Source: an uncultured Thermoleophilia bacterium (GTDB lineage: Bacteria; Actinomycetota; Thermoleophilia; UBA2241). Taken from it: a DNA stretch of 64,000 nucleotides. Made by a program: the position numbers and the translations under genes. The notes beneath the pieces are model-generated. The model made no database searches. It had not been told where the DNA came from and was given only the letters and a program-made list of their open reading frames with translations. The stretch is from contig CAWHHT010000012.1 in assembly GCA_963829205.1 (NCBI GenBank), forward strand, positions 324,540 through 388,539, written 5' to 3'. This document shows, one piece after another, positions 59,253 through 64,000 of the stretch (position 1 is the first letter of the stretch; each line of letters starts with the position of its first letter).

Positions 59253-60377
59253 TCAGAAACGTCCCCCGATCCAGGCGCCGCCGATCGAGCAGTAGCTCAC
59301 GACGGCGCCGGTGTGCGGGGCGGCGATCATCTGGCCACCGCCGACGTAGATGCCGACGTGGTAGCTGTAGCTGGCGTTGCCGAAGAACACGAGGTCGCCG
59401 GGCTGCAGCGCGCTGATCGGGACCGGCGTGCTGGCGCGCTGCTGATCGGTGGCGCCGTGCGAGAGGCCGATGCCGATCTGCGCGTAGCAGTACATCGTGA
59501 GGCCTGAGCAATCGAAGCCGTGCGGGCTGGCGCCGCCCCAGACGTAGGGCACGCCGAGATACCGTTGAGCGATGGCTACCACGGCCGAGCGACCGGAGCC
59601 GCCCGGATCGACCACGGCACCACCGCCGCCCGAGCTGCCGCCGCTGGCACTGGAACCGCCGCCGGATCCGGATGAGGAGCCCGACGAGGATGAGGACGAA
59701 GACGAGCTCGCCGTCGCCTCAGCCGCTGCGGCTCTCGCGACGGCGGCTTTGGCCGCGGCCGCCTGCTGCGCCTGCAGCTGAGCGATCTGGCCTTTCAGGC
59801 CCTTCGAGGTGCGCTCGAGCTGCGCTTGCAGGGCGAGCACCTGGTCCCGGCTCGACTTGCGCTGCGCGACCAGCTTGGCGGCGCGCTTGGCGTCCTCTCC
59901 CAGCGCCAGGCGGCGGTCCTTGATGTCCTGCCGATAGGCGGCGATCGACTTGACCGTGTCGACGTCGCTGTTGCCGAGGCGCTGCATCATGTTGAGCTGC
60001 GTCACCAGATCATCGAAGCTGCTCGACGAGAACAGCACGTCGACGATGCCGACGTCGCGGGTCTTGTAGATGTCCTGGGCCCGCGACTGCATCTGCAGCT
60101 CGGCGACCTTGAGGTTGTACTCGGCGACCTTGAGAAGGTGCTTGTTCTGGACAAGCTGCTGCCTGATGGACGAGAGCTCGCTGGTGGCCTGGTTGTACTT
60201 CTCGACCGCGATGTCCGACTGCTTGTAGACGCTCTGGAGCTGCGTCAGCACCGCCTGCAGGCGCGCCTTCTTTGCAGAGACCGGCGAGGCCGACGAGATG
60301 GAACAGACAAGGAGCAACGCCACGACGGCGATGAGGGAGAACAATGGGAGGACTGTGGCCCTGCGCGTAGCGGTCAT
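59253..60377 (-). CDS. NlpC/P60 (C40) peptidoglycan endopeptidase with N-terminal coiled-coil and Ser/Gly linker
   Basis: GGAGG RBS upstream. Signal/TM LPLFSLIAVVALLLVCSISSASP, a long coiled coil, then a poly-Ser/Gly linker. Catalytic motifs YVWGGASPHGFDCSGL and YHVGIYVG. Confidence 0.85.
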   Translation of the reverse strand: MTATRRATVLPLFSLIAVVALLLVCSISSASPVSAKKARLQAVLTQLQSVYKQSDIAVEKYNQATSELSSIRQQLVQNKHLLKVAEYNLKVAELQMQSRAQDIYKTRDVGIVDVLFSSSSFDDLVTQLNMMQRLGNSDVDTVKSIAAYRQDIKDRRLALGEDAKRAAKLVAQRKSSRDQVLALQAQLERTSKGLKGQIAQLQAQQAAAAKAAVARAAAAEATASSSSSSSSSGSSSGSGGGSSASGGSSGGGGAVVDPGGSGRSAVVAIAQRYLGVPYVWGGASPHGFDCSGLTMYCYAQIGIGLSHGATDQQRASTPVPISALQPGDLVFFGNASYSYHVGIYVGGGQMIAAPHTGAVVSYCSIGGAWIGGRF

Positions 60378-60573
60378 GTGCACCGCCTCCTTCCGAGCGA
60401 CCTCGGAGCCGCCCTCGCCCGTGGCTGACGCCGGCAACGCCGGCGAAACGGGCTCGACAGGCATGGGAGGCTACAGCCCGAGCACGCCTTTCGCAAACCG
60501 GGGCCGAGGCGCCCCTTCGCGTCTCGCTCCCCGCTGGGCACCTGGACGCCCCTCGCGCGAACCTTGCGTAGAC

Positions 60574-61164
60574 CTACGAGGTCGTGCCGGTCCTGTGCCG
60601 CTCCCGGTAGGCGCGCGCCTTCTGCCGGCTGCCGCACGACTCCATCGAGCACCAGTGCCGGCAGCCGTTGCGCGAGAGGTCGAAGAAGGCCCAGCGACAG
60701 GTGTCGTTGCGGCATGCCTTGAGCCGCGGCCAGGTGCCCGTCTCCATCGAACGGTGCACGATCACAAGCAGGCGGCCGAGAGCCCCGTCGACGTCGTCGC
60801 TCTCGGCCTCCAGGCGGGTGACGCCGTCCGCGGACGTGCGCAGGCGCAGCCGCGCGTGCGCCGCGACCTCGTTCATCACGGCCGGCGCCGTCGGATCGAG
60901 CGGCCGGCCGTCGTTGTTCCTCAGCAGCATCTCGCGCAGGGCCTCGCGCAGGCGGATGGCCCGGTCGAGCGCCTGGGCGCCGGCTCGCGAGCCGACGGGC
61001 GCGCCTGTGGTCACTTCACCGCGGATCAGGCCGTGCTCCGCCAGCCAGCCGGCGAGCGCGGCCGGAGAGTCGAGCTGCTCGACGCCCGACTCGATCTCGA
61101 CGGTGTTCACGAAGTCGCGCACCGTCTCGAGTTCCTCAGGCGCTTCTTTGGGCTGTGTGGTCAT
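60574..61164 (-). CDS. CGNR zinc-finger (ABATE-domain) putative stress-responsive transcription regulator
   Basis: The C-terminus CRNDTCRWAFFDLSRNGCRHWCSMESCGSRQKARAYRERH matches the zf-CGNR pattern. The N-terminus has ARDFVNT-like ETVRDFVNTVE. Confidence 0.8.
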   Translation of the reverse strand: MTTQPKEAPEELETVRDFVNTVEIESGVEQLDSPAALAGWLAEHGLIRGEVTTGAPVGSRAGAQALDRAIRLREALREMLLRNNDGRPLDPTAPAVMNEVAAHARLRLRTSADGVTRLEAESDDVDGALGRLLVIVHRSMETGTWPRLKACRNDTCRWAFFDLSRNGCRHWCSMESCGSRQKARAYRERHRTGTTS

Positions 61165-61201
61165 CGCTGTCCTTCTGTCAGCACTATACCACCAAAAGGG
61201 G

Positions 61202-61229
61202 TTGACTGGTAACGCGTTACCAGTATAAT
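61202..61229 (+). promoter_or_regulatory. near-consensus sigma-70-type promoter (TTGACT-16 nt-TATAAT) with an embedded perfect palindromic operator
   Basis: -35 TTGACT at 61202-61207 and -10 TATAAT at 61224-61229. The palindrome ACTGGTAACG/CGTTACCAGT spans 61205-61224. A third GGTAACG heptamer lies at 61239-61245. On the other strand, TGgTATAGT (extended -10, 61183-61191) faces the CGNR gene. Confidence 0.55.
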
Positions 61230-61300
61230 GTGTTTAGCGGTAACGACTTGGCGGCCCGGGTTTCGCGACCGGCCCGCGAGAGCAAGGGAGGAGAGCGGCC

Positions 61301-61432
61301 ATGCACGAGCTGATCGCCTGGGACCTGTTGAGGCAGCACAAGGAGCGGGTCGAACATGCAGCCGAGCACGCGCGATTGGTGCGGGAAGCTCGACCCCGCC
61401 GGCGCCGCGACAATCAGACAACGACGAGGTGA
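61301..61432 (+). CDS. 43-aa micro-ORF (helical, Arg-rich tail), hypothetical
   Basis: GGGAGGAG at 61286-61293, 7 nt before ATG 61301. MHELIAWDLLRQHKERVEHAAEHARLVREARPRRRRDNQTTTR. It lies downstream of the strong promoter. Confidence 0.4.
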   Translation: MHELIAWDLLRQHKERVEHAAEHARLVREARPRRRRDNQTTTR

Positions 61433-61437
61433 GCAGA

Positions 61438-61584
61438 ATGCCCGAGACGACGAGAGACACGAGCGGCACTTGGCGCAGCCTGATCGACGTCATGAGCACG
61501 ATCGGCGACGTGATGGCCACCCCCCGGGGCCCGTCCCCCGACCGAGCGGTGCGGCTGGCGCGCCAGCGTTCGGAGCGCCGCTAG
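61438..61584 (+). CDS. 48-aa micro-ORF, hypothetical
   Basis: GAGGTG lies 6 nt before ATG 61438, and the ORF starts 5 nt after the previous stop. MPETTRDTSGTWRSLIDVMSTIGDVMATPRGPSPDRAVRLARQRSERR. Confidence 0.35.
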   Translation: MPETTRDTSGTWRSLIDVMSTIGDVMATPRGPSPDRAVRLARQRSERR

Positions 61585-61798
61585 CGACGGCGGCACACTG
61601 CCGGGGACGGCGTCACGGACGCCGATGAAGAGCAGAGCGGCGGGCGGCGACCGGCAGGGTCACCGCCCGCCGCGCCGCGTACGGGGTCGGCAGGCGGCGC
61701 GGATCAGGCGACGGCAGCCGGGCCGAGCTGCGACCCGCGCCCTGCGGCCCGGTCGGCGCTCCGTGCGCGCCAAGGTATAATCCCCCGGCGGCACGCGT

Positions 61799-61874
61799 GC
61801 CCCCATCGTCTAGCGGCCTAGGACACCGGCCTTTCAAGCCGGCGGCACGGATTCGAATTCCGTTGGGGGCACCA
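61799..61874 (+). tRNA. tRNA-Glu (anticodon UUC)
   Basis: GCCCCCA acceptor pairs with TGGGGGC. D-arm GTCTAGCGGCCTAGGAC. Anticodon stem-loop CCGGC-CTTTCAA-GCCGG. T-loop TTCGAAT. Encoded CCA. TATAAT at 61776-61781. Confidence 0.9.
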
Positions 61875-62039
61875 TCTTCTTCCTCATCCCGACGACCCAT
61901 CGACGCACGGAATACCTGCTAGTGGCCCTTTCCGTGAAGGAGTCGCGGTTCACGAGAGGATCCGCAGGCGCGGATCAGCCAACAATCTGTCGAGCGTGAT
62001 GCTCACGTTCGCGTGTCCCGATCGGGCCGGGGTTCACGA

Positions 62040-64000
62040 TCAGTCGTAGATCGAACGGAGGAGGATAGACCCCGTCAGCAGGCCGGCGTCTGTGGCCGTC
62101 ACCTGATCGAGCGAGAAGCCTCCCGATGTCGTGTAGCCGACCGTCGCGACGCCGGAATCAGTGGTCGTCGAGGTGGGGGTGGCGAATGAGCCGCCGCCCG
62201 TGCTCGTCCAGTTGACGACCTTGCCCGAAGTGTGGACTGCGTTGCCGCCAGCGTCGGCAAGCTGGGCGCTGATGGTCACCTGCGCGCCGGGCGCCGGGCG
62301 AACGTCGGTTGAGGTGACGACGTACTTGGTGGCCTCGCCGGCGATCGAGGTGATGTCGGTGCTGGTGCCGGCCATGGCGCCTGTGGTCGCCGTCACCGTA
62401 TAGGTGCCGACCGTGGTGCCGGTGGTGAAGGTGGCGGTGGCGATGCCGCTCGAGTCGGTGGAGGTCGGCGTCGTCGTAAAGGAGCCGCCGCTGCCGCTGC
62501 AGGTCCAGGCGACGCTGTTGCCCGCGGTGCTCACGGGGTTGCCGTCGGCGTCGGCAAGCTGGGCGTGGACGGTCACCGCGGTGCCGGCCACGGGGCCGTA
62601 GCTGCTCGAGGTGACGAGGTACTGCGTGGCGGCGGTGGAGAAGGAGCGGACGGCGCGCACGCTGAACTCGGAGAAGCTCTTGTAGTAGTAGGTCTGGTAG
62701 CCTTGAGTGCCGAAGTTCTGGTACCACGCGTTGTCCGCGTCAGCCTCGGATGAGTTCCAATAGTTGGCGACGGAGAAACCACCGATCGCATCTCGGTTGA
62801 GGTACAGCTTGTTCAGCTCGTCCTTGCTCGGCAGGTACCAGTCGCTGTAGACGCCGGTGCCTGTGTCCGGGTTGGTGTAGTCGTGGCAGACCTGCGCTGC
62901 TCCGCCCGCGTAGCCCGTTTGAGCCATCATCGCGTTCGTATTGGCTTTCCCCGTGCCGAGAGCTGTCGCCGTATGGCCGTTCAAGGTGGTTTGCGTACTG
63001 ACGCCCGTTATCCATGCGATCCCCGTGCCTTGGTCGGCCGTGGCGGCGATGAGGCCGCTCGTCACGCCCGCCACGTAGCCGGGGTCTGTGGGCTGCAGGA
63101 TGTAGGCGACGATGCCGCCCTGGTAGGCGTCGCCGATCTCGAGGGGCGCCGTCACCGTGACCGTGTAGTCCTGGGTCGAGGCGTCGGGGGCGGTCACGGT
63201 ATAGGTGACGGGGCTGGTGAAGTCGTTGGCGGTCGTGCGGCTCGTCTGCGGAGTGGAGCCCACGGCGACCACCGCGCCGCTCGTCGTGAAGCTCGCCACC
63301 AGATCCGTGAGGTCGGTGCCGTAGGGCACGGTCACGGCGATGGTGTGTGCACTCTGGTCGATGGTGGTGCCGGTGCTTGCCGGGAACGTGAAGGCGCTGA
63401 TCGCCTTGGCCGAGTTGGCCGGGAAGGAGCGCACGGCGCGTACCCCATACGGAGTGTACTTGACGGGCGTGTAGTGGCCGCCACCGAAGTACTGGTCCCA
63501 GGCGTAGTCCGCGGTGTCCTCGGAGGAGCTCCAGCAGTATCCGGTGGGGTCGAAGCCCCCGATGGCCACGCGGTTCGTGTAGAGCTGGTCCAGCTCATCC
63601 TGGCTGGGCAGATACCAGTCGTGGTAGCCGCCTCCGTCGTAGGCTCGCGCCAGACCGGCCGCGTAGGTGCTGCCGGCGCCGTTCTGAAGGATGATCTTGG
63701 TCGTGTTCGCCGAGCCGCTCCCGAGGGCGGTGTTTGTCCCTCCTGGCACGGCGTAGGCCTGGTGGGCAGGGAGCGCCCAGACGATGCCCGTGCTTTGGTC
63801 GACCGTGGCGGCGATGAGGCCGCTCTGCTCGTCCACAGGGTCGTCAGGGTCGGCGAGGTAGGCCACGACGCCGCCGCCGTAGCTCTGGCCGATCACGAGG
63901 CTGTCGTTCTCCGTCACCTCAATGGTGTAGGTCTGGGCGCTCTTGCCGGCCTCCGTGGCGACGACCGTGATCGTCTTCGGGGTGCCGGCCGTGAGCGTGA
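62040..64000 (-). CDS. large surface protein (5' end outside window): two DUF1566 (Lcl C-terminal-like) domains, beta-sandwich spacer domains and two Big_1-like Ig domains
   Basis: The ORF is open to the window edge. Two paralogous ~150-aa blocks are present (YGGGVVAYL..GLIAATVDQ..DWYLPSQDELDQLY..VRAVRSF and YQGGIVAYIL..GLIAATADQ..DWYLPSKDELNKLY..VRAVRSF). The C-terminus has two repeats of ..VTVHAQLADADGNPV.. / ..VTISAQLADAGGNAV... Confidence 0.8.
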   Translation of the reverse strand, partial: TLTAGTPKTITVVATEAGKSAQTYTIEVTENDSLVIGQSYGGGVVAYLADPDDPVDEQSGLIAATVDQSTGIVWALPAHQAYAVPGGTNTALGSGSANTTKIILQNGAGSTYAAGLARAYDGGGYHDWYLPSQDELDQLYTNRVAIGGFDPTGYCWSSSEDTADYAWDQYFGGGHYTPVKYTPYGVRAVRSFPANSAKAISAFTFPASTGTTIDQSAHTIAVTVPYGTDLTDLVASFTTSGAVVAVGSTPQTSRTTANDFTSPVTYTVTAPDASTQDYTVTVTAPLEIGDAYQGGIVAYILQPTDPGYVAGVTSGLIAATADQGTGIAWITGVSTQTTLNGHTATALGTGKANTNAMMAQTGYAGGAAQVCHDYTNPDTGTGVYSDWYLPSKDELNKLYLNRDAIGGFSVANYWNSSEADADNAWYQNFGTQGYQTYYYKSFSEFSVRAVRSFSTAATQYLVTSSSYGPVAGTAVTVHAQLADADGNPVSTAGNSVAWTCSGSGGSFTTTPTSTDSSGIATATFTTGTTVGTYTVTATTGAMAGTSTDITSIAGEATKYVVTSTDVRPAPGAQVTISAQLADAGGNAVHTSGKVVNWTSTGGGSFATPTSTTTDSGVATVGYTTSGGFSLDQVTATDAGLLTGSILLRSIYD

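Noticed and set aside
60378-60573. Confident assignment of the NlpC/P60 leader as a ydaO (c-di-AMP) riboswitch
   Set aside because: The conserved ydaO sequence cores could not be found by eye. I kept it only as a low-confidence structured-leader candidate pending cmsearch.

Overview
High-GC bacterial chromosomal window. GC-rich third positions and several GTG starts suggest an actinobacterium or similar anaerobe-type lineage, but I cannot assign a taxon from sequence alone. I support about 65 protein-coding loci, 2 tRNAs (Lys-UUU, Glu-UUC), one tRNA 3' remnant, several hairpin terminators and a few promoter/operator candidates. The housekeeping backbone is a dispersed purine-biosynthesis supra-operon (purS-purQ-purL-purF, then purM, a purN-like gene, then purH), plus ddl, cls, tag, an L,D-transpeptidase and an NlpC/P60 hydrolase. 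Accessory content: (i) four loci carrying five copies of a pseudopilin (GspG)-like domain on Sec, lipoprotein or TM-anchored proteins; (ii) a LuxR / APC permease / non-pyrrolysine MttB-family methyltransferase / APC permease cluster with no corrinoid partner; (iii) a partial Wbp-like UDP-sugar cluster; (iv) a PAS-LuxR regulator followed 1 nt later by a truncated paralog; (v) a 6.6-kb segment bounded by tRNA-Lys and a 38-nt copy of its 3' half, full of decayed genes; (vi) a CGNR zinc-finger regulator with a near-consensus divergent promoter that embeds a perfect 20-bp palindrome and drives two micro-ORFs; (vii) a 5'-truncated surface protein with two DUF1566-like domains. No CRISPR array, transposase, integrase or recognisable defence system was seen. 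Many conserved genes, including essential ones, need frame changes to read through. This looks more like assembly indels than biology. All family calls come from motif recognition by eye. No database search was run.
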